Shown: in pieces, positions 1 through 12,700 of the stretch
Position numbering within the stretch: position 1 is the stretch's first letter
Layout: each line of letters opens with the position of its first letter
Source: Eledone cirrhosa
Lineage: Eukaryota
Direction: 5' to 3'
NCBI GenBank assembly: GCA_964016885.1
Contig: OZ024741.1
Location: 247,938,001 to 248,002,000, forward strand
Length of the DNA: 64,000 nt
The notes under the pieces: generated by a model
Told to the model about the DNA's origin: nothing
Seen by the model: the letters and a program-made list of their open reading frames with translations, nothing else
Databases searched by the model: none
Program-made: the position numbers and the translations under genes

Positions 1-789
1 CTTGGACGGCTGGAAATTATCTCCCCTTGATTTTTTTTACAAATTATCTCCCCCTGATTTTTTTTTACGAATTATCTCCCCCTGATTTTTTTTTACAAAT
101 TATCTCCCCCTGATTTTTTTTTACAAATTATCTCCCCCTGATTTTTTTTACAAATTATCTCCCTCTGATTTTTTTACAAATTATCTCCCCTTGGCTGGCT
201 GGAAATTATCTCCCCTAGGAGGCTGGAACTTATCTCCCCTTGGACGGCTAGAAATTACCTCTCTTTGGACGGCTGGAAAATATGTCTCCTTGGACGGCTG
301 GATATTATCTCCCCTTGGACGGCTGGAAATTATCTCCCCTTGGACGGCTGGAAATTATCTCCCCTTGGATGGCTAGATATTACCTCCCCTTGGACGGCTG
401 GAAATTATCTCCCCTTGATTTTTTTACAAATTATCTCCCCCTGATTTTTTTTTACAAATTATCTCCCCCGATTTTTTTTTACAAATTATCTCCCCCTGAT
501 TTTTTTTTACAAATTATCTCCCCCTGATTTTTGTTTACAAATTATCTCCCCTTGGACGGCTGGAAATTATCTCCCCTTGGACGGCTAGAAATTACCTCTC
601 CTTGGACGGCTGAAAATTATCCTCCCTTGGACGGCTGGAAATTATCTCCCCTTGATTTTTTTACAAATTATCTCCCCCTGATTTTTTTTTTACAAATTAT
701 CTCACCCTGATTTTTTTTACAAATTATCTACCCCTGATTTCTTTTTACAAATTATCTCCCCCTGATTTTTTTTACAAATTATCTCCCAC

Positions 790-3700
790 TGATTTTTTTT
801 TTACAAATTATCTCCCCCTGATTTTTTTACAAATTATCTCCCCCTGATTTTTTTTACAAATTATATCCGCCTGATTTTTTTAAATATTATCTCTCCTTGG
901 CTGGCGGGAAATTATCTCCCCTTGGACGGCTGGAAATTATCTCCCCTTGGAAGGATGGAAATTATCTCCCCTTGGACGGCTAGAAATTATCTCTCTTTGG
1001 ACGGCTGGAAATTATCACCCCTTGAGCTTTTTACAAATTATCTCCCCCTGATTTTTTTTACAAATCTCCCTGTGATTTTTAAAAAAAAATTATCTCCCCT
1101 TCGCTGGCTGGAAATTATCTCCCCTTGGACGCTGGAAATTATAGCCCCTTGGAGGGCTGGAAATTATCTTCCCTTGGACGGCTGGAAATTATCTCCCCTT
1201 GATTTTTTTTACAAATTATCTCCCCCTGATTTTTTTTTACAAATTATCTCCCCCTGATTTTTTTTACAACTTATCTGCGCCTGATTTTTTTTTAAAAATT
1301 ATCTCCCCTTGGACGGCTGGAAATTATCTCCCCTTGGACGGCTGGAAATTATCTCTCCTTGGACGGCTAGAATTTACCTCTCCTTGGACGGCTGAAAATT
1401 ATCTCCCCTTGGACGGCTGGAAATTATCTCCCCTTGATTTTTTTTACAAATTATCTCCCCCTGATTTTTTTTTACAAATTATCTCCCCCTGATTTTTTTT
1501 TACAAATTATCTCCCCCTGATTTTTTTTTACAAATTATCTACCCCTGATTTTTTTTTGCAAATTATCTCCCCTTGGCTGGCTGGAAATTATCTCCCCTTG
1601 GAGGCTGGAACTTATCTCCCCTTGGACGGCTAGAAATTACCTCTCCTTGGACGGCTGGAAAATATGTCTCCTTGGACGGCTGGATATTATCTCCCCTTGG
1701 ACGGCTGGAAATTATCTCCCCTTGGACGGCTGAAAATTATCTCCCCTTGATTTTTTTTACAAATTATCTCCCCCTGATTTTTTTTTACAAATTATCTCCC
1801 CCTGATTTTTGTTTACAAATTATCTCCGCCTAATTTTTTTAAAAAATTATCTCCCCTTGGACGGCTGGAAATTATCTCCCCTTGGACGGATAGAAATTAC
1901 CTCTCCTTGGACGGCTGAAAATTATCTCCCCTTTGACGGCTGGAAATTATCTCCCCTTGATTTTTTTACAAATTATCTGCCCCTGATTTTTTTTTTACAA
2001 ATTATCTCCCCCTGATTTTTTTTTACAAATTATCTACCCCTGATTTTTTTTTACAAATTATCTCCCCCTGATTTTTTTTACAAATTATCTCCCCCTGATT
2101 TTTTTTTTACAAATTATCTCCCCCTGATTTTTTTACAAATTATCTCCCCCTGATTTTTTTTATAAATTATCTCCGCCTGATTTTTTTAAATATTATCTCT
2201 CCTTGGCTGGCGGTAAATTATCTCCCCTTGGACGGCTGGAAATTATCTCCCCTTGGAAGGATGGAAATTATCTCCCCTTGGACGGCTGGAAATTATCTAC
2301 CCCTGATTTTTTTTACAAATTATCTCCCCCTGATTTTTTTTACAAATTATCTCCCCCTGATTTTTTTTACAAATTATCTACCCCTGATTTTTTTTACAAA
2401 TTATCTCCCCCTGATTTTTTTTACAAATTATCTCCCCCTGATTTTTTTTTTACAAATTATCTCACCCTGATTTTTTTACAAATTATCTCCCCCTGATTTT
2501 TTTTACAAATTATCTCCGCCTGATTTTTTTAAATATTATCTTCCCTTGGCTGGCGGGAAATTATCTCCCCTTGAAGGGCTGAAAATTATCTCCCCTTGGA
2601 CGGCTGGAAATTATCTCCCCTTGATTTTTTTTACAAATTATCTCCCCCTGATTTTTTTTTACAAATTATCTACCCCTGATTTTTTTTTACAAATTATCTC
2701 CCCCTGATTTTTTTTACAAATTATCTCCCCCTGATTTTTTTTTTACAAATTATCTCCCCCTGATTTTTTTACAAATTATCTCCCCCTGATTTTTTTTATA
2801 AATTATCTCCGCCTGATTTTTTTAAATATTATCTCTCCTTGGCTGGCGGTAAATTATCTCCCCTTGGACGGCTGGAAATTATCTCCCCTTGGAAGGATGG
2901 AAATTATCTCCCCTTGGACGGCTGGAAATTATCTACCCCTGATTTTTTTTACAAATTATCTCCCCCTGATTTTTTTTACAAATTATCTCCCCCTGATTTT
3001 TTTTACAAATTATCTACCCCTGATTTTTTTTACAAATTATCTCCCCCTGATTTTTTTTACAAATTATCTCCCCCTGATTTTTTTTTTACAAATTATCTCA
3101 CCCTGATTTTTTTACAAATTATCTCCCCCTGATTTTTTTTACAAATTATCTCCGCCTGATTTTTTTAAATATTATCTTCCCTTGGCTGGCGGGAAATTAT
3201 CTCCCCTTGAAGGGCTGAAAATTATCTCCCCTTGGACGGCTGGAAATTATCTCCCCTTGATTTTTTTTACAAATTATCTCCCCCTGATTTTTTTTTACAA
3301 ATTATCTCCCCCTGATTTTTTTTACAAATTATCTCCCCCTGATTTTTTTTTACAAATTATCTGCCGCTGATTTTTTTTACAAATTATCTCCCCCTGATTT
3401 TTTTACAAATTATCTCCCCTTGGCTGGCTGGAAATTACCTCCCCTTGGAGGCTGGAATTTATCTCCCCTTGGACGGCTAGAAATTACCTCTCCTTGGACG
3501 GCTGGAAAATATGTCTCCTTGGACGGCTGGATATTATCTCCCCTTGGACGGCTGGAAATTATCTCCCCTTGGACGGCTGGAAATTATCTCCCCTTGGACG
3601 GATAGATATTACCTCCCCTTGGACGGCTGGAAATTATCTCCCCTTGATTTTTTTTACAAATTATCTCCCCCTGATTTTTTTTTACAAATTATCTCCCCCT

Positions 3701-6700
3701 GATTTTTTTTTACAAATTATCTCCCCCTGATTTTTTTTTTACAAATTATCTCCGCTTGATTTTTTATAAAAATTATCTCCCCTTGGACGGCTGGAAATTA
3801 TCTCCCCATGGACGGCTGGAAATTATCTCCCCTTGGACGGCTAGAAATTATCTCTCCTTGGACGGCTGAAAATTATCTCCCCTTGGACGGCTGCAAATTA
3901 TCTCCCCTTGATTTTTTTTATAAATTATCTCCCCCTGATTTTTTTTACAAATTATCTCCCCCTGATTTTTTTTACAAATCTCCCAGTGATTTTTTTAAAA
4001 AAATTATCTCCCCTTGGACGGCTGGAAATTATCTCCCCTTGGACGGCTGGAAATTATCTCGCCTTGGACGGCTAGAATTTACCTCTCCTTGGACGGCTGA
4101 AAATTATCTCCCCTTGGACGGCTGGAAATTATCTCCCCTTGATTTTTTTTACAAATTATCTCCCCCTGATTTTTTTTTACAAATTATCTCCCCCTGATTT
4201 TTTTTTACAAATTATCTCCCCCTGATTTTTTTTTACAAATTATCTCCCCCTGATTTTTTTTACAAATTATCTCCCCCCTGATTTTTTTACAAATTATCTC
4301 CCCTTGGCTGGCTGGAAATTATCTCCCCTTGGAGGCTGGAACTTATCTCCCCTTGGACGGCTAGAAATTATCTCTCTTTGGACGGCTGGAAATTATCACC
4401 CCTTGAGTTTTTTACAAATTATCTCCCCCTGATTTTTTTTACAAATCTCCCAGTGATTTTTAAAAAAAAATTATCTCCCCTTCGCTGGCTGGAAATTATC
4501 TCCCCTTGGACGCTGGAAATTATAGCCCCTTGGAGGGCTTGAAATTATCTTCCCTTGGACGGCTGGAAATTATCTCTCCTTGGACGGCTAGAATTTACCT
4601 CTCCTTGGACGGCTGAAAATTATCTCCCCTTGGACGGCTGGAAATTATCTCCCCTTGATTTTTTTTACAAATTATCTCCCCCTGATTTTTTTTTACGAAT
4701 TATCTCCCCCTGATTTTTTTTTACAAATTATCTCCCCCTGATTTTTTTTTACAAATTATCTCCCCCTGATTTTTTTTACAAATTATCTCCCTCTGATTTT
4801 TTTACAAATTATCTCCCCTTGGCTGGCTGGAAATTATCTCCCCTAGGAGGCTGGAACTTATCTCCCCTTGGACGGCTAGAAATTACCTCTCTTTGGACGG
4901 CTGGAAAATATGTATCCTTGGACGGCTGGATATTATCTCCCCTTGGACGGCTGGAAATTATCTCCCCTTGGACGGCTGGAAATTATCTCCCCTTGGATGG
5001 CTAGATATTACCTCCCCTTGGACGGCTGGAAATTATCTCCCCTTGATTTTTTTTACAAATTATCTCCCCCTGATTTTTTTTTACAAATTATCTCCCCCGA
5101 TTTTTTTTTACAAATTATCTCCCCCTGATTTTTTTTTACAAATTATCTCCCCCTGATTTTTGTTTACAAATTATCTCCCCTTGGACGGCTGGAAATTATC
5201 TCCCCTTGGACGGCTAGAAATTACCTCTCCTTGGACGGCTGAAAATTATCCTCCCTTGGACGGCTGGAAATTATCTCCCCTTGATTTTTTTACAAATTAT
5301 CTCCCCCTGATTTTTTTTTTACAAATTATCTCCCCCTGATTTTTTTTTACAAATTATCTCCCCCTGATTTTTTTTTACAAATTATCTCCCCCGATTTTTT
5401 TTTACAAATTATCTACCCCTGATTTTTTTTTACAAATTATCTCCCCCTGATTTTTTTTACAAATTATCTCCCACTGATTTTTTTTTTACAAATTATCTCC
5501 CCCTGATTTTTTTACAAATTATCTCCCCCTGATTTTTTTTACAAATTATATCCGCCTGATTTTTTTAAATATTATCTCTCCTTGGCTGGCGGGAAATTAT
5601 CTCCCCTTGGACGGCTGGAAATTATCTCCCCTTGGAAGGATGGAAATTATCTCCCCTTGGACGGCTGGAAGTTATCTACCCCTGATTTTTTTTACAAATT
5701 ATCTCCCCCTGATTTTTTTTACAAATTATCATCCCCTGATTTTTTTTTTACAAATTATCTCCCTCTGATTTTTTTACAAATTATCTCCCCCTGATTTTTT
5801 TTACAAATTATCTCCGCCTGATTTTTTAAAATATTATCTTACCTTGGCTGGCAGGAAATTATCTCCCCTTGGACGGCTGAAAATTATCTCCCCTTGGACG
5901 GCTGGAAATTATCTCCCCTTGATTTTTTTTACAAATTATCTCCCCCTGATTTTTTTTTACAAATTATCTCCCCCTGATTTTTTTTACAAATTATCTCCCC
6001 CCTGATTTTTTTACAAATTATCTCCCCTTGGCTGGCTGGAAATTATCTCCCCTTGGAGGCTGGAACTTATCTCCCCTTGGACGGCTAGAAATTACCTCTC
6101 CTTGGACGGCTGGAAAATATGTCTCCTTGGACGGCTGGATATTATCTCCCCTTGGACGGCTGGAAATTATCTCCCCTTGGACGGCTGGAAATTATCTCCC
6201 CTTGGATGGCTAGATATTACCTCCCCTTGGACGGCTGGAAATTATCTCCCTTTGATTTTTTTTACAAATTATCTCCCCCTGATTTTTTTTTACAAATTAT
6301 CTCCCCCTGATTTTTTTTTACAAATTATCTCCCCCTGATTTTTGTTTACAAATTATCTCCGCCTGATTTTTTTTTAAAAATTATCTCCCCTTGGACGGCT
6401 GGAAATTATCTCCCCTTGGACGGCTAGAAATTACCTCTCCTTGGACGGCTGAAAATTATCTCCCCTTGGACGGCTGGAAATTATCTCCCCTTGATTTTTT
6501 TACAAATTATCTCCCCCTGATTTTTTTTTTACAAATTATCTCCCCCTGATTTTTTTTTACAAATTATCTACCCCTGATTTTTTTTTACAAATTATCTCCC
6601 CCTGATTTTTTTACAAATTATCTCCCCCTGATTTTTTTTTTACAAATTATCTCCCCCTGATTTTTTTACAAATTATCTCCCCCTGATTTTTTTTACAAAT

Positions 6701-9700
6701 TATATCCGCCTGATTTTTTTAAATATTATCTCTCCTTGGCTGGCGGGAAATTATCTCCCCTTGGACGGCTGGAAATTATCTCCCCTTGGAAGGATGGAAA
6801 TTATCTCCCCTTGGACGGCTAGAAATTATCTCTCTTTGGACGGCTGGAAATTATCACCCCTTGAGCTTTTTACAAATTATCTCCCCCTGATTTTTTTTAC
6901 AAATCTCCCTGTGATTTTTAAAAAAAAATTATCTCCCCTTCGCTGGCTGGAAATTATCTCCCCTTGGACGCTGGAAATTATAGCCCCTTGGAGGGCTGGA
7001 AATTATCTTCCCTTGGACGGCTGGAAATTATCTCCCCTTGATTTTTTTTACAAATTATCTCCCCCTGATTTTTTTTTACAAATTATCTCCCCCTGATTTT
7101 TTTTACAACTTATCTGCGCCTGATTTTTTTTTAAAAATTATCTCCCCTTGGACGGCTGGAAATTATCTCCCCTTGGACGGCTGGAAATTATCTCTCCTTG
7201 GACGGCTAGAATTTACCTCTCCTTGGACGGCTGAAAATTATCTCCCCTTGGACGGCTGGAAATTATCTCCCCTTGATTTTTTTTACAAATTATCTCCCCC
7301 TGATTTTTTTTTACAAATTATCTCCCCCTGATTTTTTTTTACAAATTATCTCCCCCTGATTTTTTTTTACAAATTATCTACCCCTGATTTTTTTTTGCAA
7401 ATTATCTCCCCTTGGCTGGCTGGAAATTATCTCCCCTTGGAGGCTGGAACTTATCTCCCCTTGGACGGCTAGAAATTACCTCTCCTTGGACGGCTGGAAA
7501 ATATGTCTCCTTGGACGGCTGGATATTATCTCCCCTTGGACGGCTGGAAATTATCTCCCCTTGGACGGCTGAAAATTATCTCCCCTTGATTTTTTTTACA
7601 AATTATCTCCCCCTGATTTTTTTTTACAAATTATCTCCCCCTGATTTTTGTTTACAAATTATCTCCGCCTAATTTTTTTAAAAAATTATCTCCCCTTGGA
7701 CGGCTGGAAATTATCTCCCCTTGGACGGATAGAAATTACCTCTCCTTGGACGGCTGAAAATTATCTCCCCTTTGACGGCTGGAAATTATCTCCCCTTGAT
7801 TTTTTTACAAATTATCTGCCCCTGATTTTTTTTTTACAAATTATCTCCCCCTGATTTTTTTTTACAAATTATCTACCCCTGATTTTTTTTTACAAATTAT
7901 CTCCCCCTGATTTTTTTTACAAATTATCTCCCCCTGATTTTTTTTTTACAAATTATCTCCCCCTGATTTTTTTACAAATTATCTCCCCCTGATTTTTTTT
8001 ATAAATTATCTCCGCCTGATTTTTTTAAATATTATCTCTCCTTGGCTGGCGGGAAATTATCTCCCCTTGGACGGCTGGAAATTATCTCCCCTTGGAAGGA
8101 TGGAAATTATCTCCCCTTGGACGGCTGGAAATTATCTACCCCTGATTTTTTTTACAAATTATCTCCCCCTGATTTTTTTTACAAATTATCTCCCCCTGAT
8201 TTTTTTTACAAATTATCTACCCCTGATTTTTTTTACAAATTATCTCCCCCTGATTTTTTTTACAAATTATCTCCCCCTGATTTTTTTTTTACAAATTATC
8301 TCACCCTGATTTTTTTACAAATTATCTCCCCCTGATTTTTTTTACAAATTATCTCCGCCTGATTTTTTTAAATATTATCTTCCCTTGGCTGGCGGGAAAT
8401 TATCTCCCCTTGAAGGGCTGAAAATTATCTCCCCTTGGACGGCTGGAAATTATCTCCCCTTGATTTTTTTTACAAATTATCTCCCCCTGATTTTTTTTTA
8501 CAAATTATCTCCCCCTGATTTTTTTTACAAATTATCTCCCCCTGATTTTTTTTTACAAATTATCTGCCGCTGATTTTTTTTACAAATTATCTCCCCCTGA
8601 TTTTTTTACAAATTATCTCCCCTTGGCTGGCTGGAAATTACCTCCCCTTGGAGGCTGGAATTTATCTCCCCTTGGACGGCTAGAAATTACCTCTCCTTGG
8701 ACGGCTGGAAAATATGTCTCCTTGGACGGCTGGATATTATCTCCCCTTGGACGGCTGGAAATTATCTCCCCTTGGACGGCTGGAAATTATCTCCCCTTGG
8801 ACGGATAGATATTACCTCCCCTTGGACGGCTGGAAATTATCTCCCCTTGATTTTTTTTACAAATTATCTCCCCCTGATTTTTTTTTACAAATTATCTCCC
8901 CCTGATTTTTTTTTACAAATTATCTCCCCCTGATTTTTTTTTTACAAATTATCTCCGCTTGATTTTTTAAAAAAATTATCTCCCCTTGGACGGCTGGAAA
9001 TTATCTCCCCATGGACGGCTGGAAATTATCTCCCCTTGGACGGCTAGAAATTATCTCTCCTTGGACGGCTGAAAATTATCTCCCCTTGGACGGCTGCAAA
9101 TTATCTCCCCTTGATTTTTTTTATAAATTATCTCCCCCTGATTTTTTTTACAAATTATCTCCCCCTGATTTTTTTTACAAATCTCCCAGTGATTTTTTTA
9201 AAAAAATTATCTCCCCTTGGACGGCTGGAAATTATCTCCCCTTGGACGGCTGGAAATTATCTCGCCTTGGACGGCTAGAATTTACCTCTCCTTGGACGGC
9301 TGAAAATTATCTCCCCTTGGACGGCTGGAAATTATCTCCCCTTGATTTTTTTTACAAATTATCTCCCCCTGATTTTTTTTTACAAATTATCTCCCCCTGA
9401 TTTTTTTTTACAAATTATCTCCCCCTGATTTTTTTTTACAAATTATCTCCCCCTGATTTTTTTTACAAATTATCTCCCCCCTGATTTTTTTACAAATTAT
9501 CTCCCCTTGGCTGGCTGGAAATTATCTCCCCTTGGAGGCTGGAACTTATCTCCCCTTGGACGGCTAGAAATTATCTCTCTTTGGACGGCTGGAAATTATC
9601 ACCCCTTGAGTTTTTTACAAATTATCTCCCCCTGATTTTTTTTACAAATCTCCCAGTGATTTTTAAAAAAAAATTATCTCCCCTTCGCTGGCTGGAAATT

Positions 9701-12700
9701 ATCTCCCCTTGGACGCTGGAAATTATAGCCCCTTGGAGGGCTTGAAATTATCTTCCCTTGGACGGCTGGAAATTATCTCTCCTTGGACGGCTAGAATTTA
9801 CCTCTCCTTGGACGGCTGAAAATTATCTCCCCTTGGACGGCTGGAAATTATCTCCCCTTGATTTTTTTTACAAATTATCTCCCCCTGATTTTTTTTTACG
9901 AATTATCTCCCCCTGATTTTTTTTTACAAATTATCTCCCCCTGATTTTTTTTTACAAATTATCTCCCCCTGATTTTTTTTACAAATTATCTCCCTCTGAT
10001 TTTTTTACAAATTATCTCCCCTTGGCTGGCTGGAAATTATCTCCCCTAGGAGGCTGGAACTTATCTCCCCTTGGACGGCTAGAAATTACCTCTCTTTGGA
10101 CGGCTGGAAAATATGTATCCTTGGACGGCTGGATATTATCTCCCCTTGGACGGCTGGAAATTATCTCCCCTTGGACGGCTGGAAATTATCTCCCCTTGGA
10201 TGGCTAGATATTACCTCCCCTTGGACGGCTGGAAATTATCTCCCCTTGATTTTTTTTACAAATTATCTCCCCCTGATTTTTTTTTACAAATTATCTCCCC
10301 CGATTTTTTTTTACAAATTATCTCCCCCTGATTTTTTTTTACAAATTATCTCCCCCTGATTTTTGTTTACAAATTATCTCCCCTTGGACGGCTGGAAATT
10401 ATCTCCCCTTGGACGGCTAGAAATTACCTCTCCTTGGACGGCTGAAAATTATCCTCCCTTGGACGGCTGGAAATTATCTCCCCTTGATTTTTTTACAAAT
10501 TATCTCCCCCTGATTTTTTTTTTACAAATTATCTCCCCCTGATTTTTTTTTACAAATTATCTCCCCCTGATTTTTTTTTACAAATTATCTCCCCCGATTT
10601 TTTTTTACAAATTATCTACCCCTGATTTTTTTTTACAAATTATCTCCCCCTGATTTTTTTTACAAATTATCTCCCACTGATTTTTTTTTTACAAATTATC
10701 TCCCCCTGATTTTTTTACAAATTATCTCCCCCTGATTTTTTTTACAAATTATATCCGCCTGATTTTTTTAAATATTATCTCTCCTTGGCTGGCGGGAAAT
10801 TATCTCCCCTTGGACGGCTGGAAATTATCTCCCCTTGGAAGGATGGAAATTATCTCCCCTTGGACGGCTGGAAGTTATCTACCCCTGATTTTTTTTACAA
10901 ATTATCTCCCCCTGATTTTTTTTACAAATTATCATCCCCTGATTTTTTTTTTACAAATTATCTCCCTCTGATTTTTTTACAAATTATCTCCCCCTGATTT
11001 TTTTTACAAATTATCTCCGCCTGATTTTTTAAAATATTATCTTACCTTGGCTGGCAGGAAATTATCTCCCCTTGGACGGCTGAAAATTATCTCCCCTTGG
11101 ACGGCTGGAAATTATCTCCCCTTGATTTTTTTTACAAATTATCTCCCCCTGATTTTTTTTTACAAATTATCTCCCCCTGATTTTTTTTACAAATTATCTC
11201 CCCCCTGATTTTTTTACAAATTATCTCCCCTTGGCTGGCTGGAAATTATCTCCCCTTGGAGGCTGGAACTTATCTCCCCTTGGACGGCTAGAAATTACCT
11301 CTCCTTGGACGGCTGGAAAATATGTCTCCTTGGACGGCTGGATATTATCTCCCCTTGGACGGCTGGAAATTATCTCCCCTTGGACGGCTGGAAATTATCT
11401 CCCCTTGGATGGCTAGATATTACCTCCCCTTGGACGGCTGGAAATTATCTCCCTTTGATTTTTTTTACAAATTATCTCCCCCTGATTTTTTTTTACAAAT
11501 TATCTCCCCCTGATTTTTTTTTACAAATTATCTCCCCCTGATTTTTGTTTACAAATTATCTCCGCCTGATTTTTTTTTAAAAATTATCTCCCCTTGGACG
11601 GCTGGAAATTATCTCCCCTTGGACGGCTAGAAATTACCTCTCCTTGGACGGCTGAAAATTATCTCCCCTTGGACGGCTGGAAATTATCTCCCCTTGATTT
11701 TTTTACAAATTATCTCCCCCTGATTTTTTTTTTACAAATTATCTCCCCCTGATTTTTTTTTACAAATTATCTACCCCTGATTTTTTTTTACAAATTATCT
11801 CCCCCTGATTTTTTTACAAATTATCTCCCCCTGATTTTTTTTTTACAAATTATCTCCCCCTGATTTTTTTACAAATTATCTCCCCCTGATTTTTTTTACA
11901 AATTATATCCGCCTGATTTTTTTAAATATTATCTCTCCTTGGCTGGCGGGAAATTATCTCCCCTTGGACGGCTGGAAATTATCTCCCCTTGGAAGGATGG
12001 AAATTATCTCCCCTTGGACGGCTAGAAATTATCTCTCTTTGGACGGCTGGAAATTATCACCCCTTGAGCTTTTTACAAATTATCTCCCCCTGATTTTTTT
12101 TACAAATCTCCCTGTGATTTTTAAAAAAAAATTATCTCCCCTTCGCTGGCTGGAAATTATCTCCCCTTGGACGCTGGAAATTATAGCCCCTTGGAGGGCT
12201 GGAAATTATCTTCCCTTGGACGGCTGGAAATTATCTCCCCTTGATTTTTTTTACAAATTATCTCCCCCTGATTTTTTTTTACAAATTATCTCCCCCTGAT
12301 TTTTTTTACAACTTTTCTGCGCCTGATTTTTTTTTAAAAATTATCTCCCCTTGGACGGCTGGAAATTATCTCCCCTTGGACGGCTGGAAATTATCTCTCC
12401 TTGGACGGCTAGAATTTACCTCTCCTTGGACGGCTGAAAATTATCTCCCCTTGGACGGCTGGAAATTATCTCCCCTTGATTTTTTTTACAAATTATCTCC
12501 CCCTGATTTTTTTTTACAAATTATCTCCCCCTGATTTTTTTTTACAAATTATCTCCCCCTGATTTTTTTTTACAAATTATCTACCCCTGATTTTTTTTTG
12601 CAAATTATCTCCCCTTGGCTGGCTGGAAATTATCTCCCCTTGGAGGCTGGAACTTATCTCCCCTTGGACGGCTAGAAATTACCTCTCCTTGGACGGCTGG

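Noticed and set aside
28-180. Poly-T tracts as intrinsic or Pol III terminators, or as retroposon tails
   Set aside because: There is no preceding hairpin, gene or target-site duplication. The tracts are integral parts of the B monomer.
905-921. NF-kB/Rel-like or operator-like dyad GG(G)AAATTATCTCC(C)
   Set aside because: The dyad is imperfect, does not fit GGGRNNYYCC spacing, and is absent from B-preceded cores. It is too weak to call.
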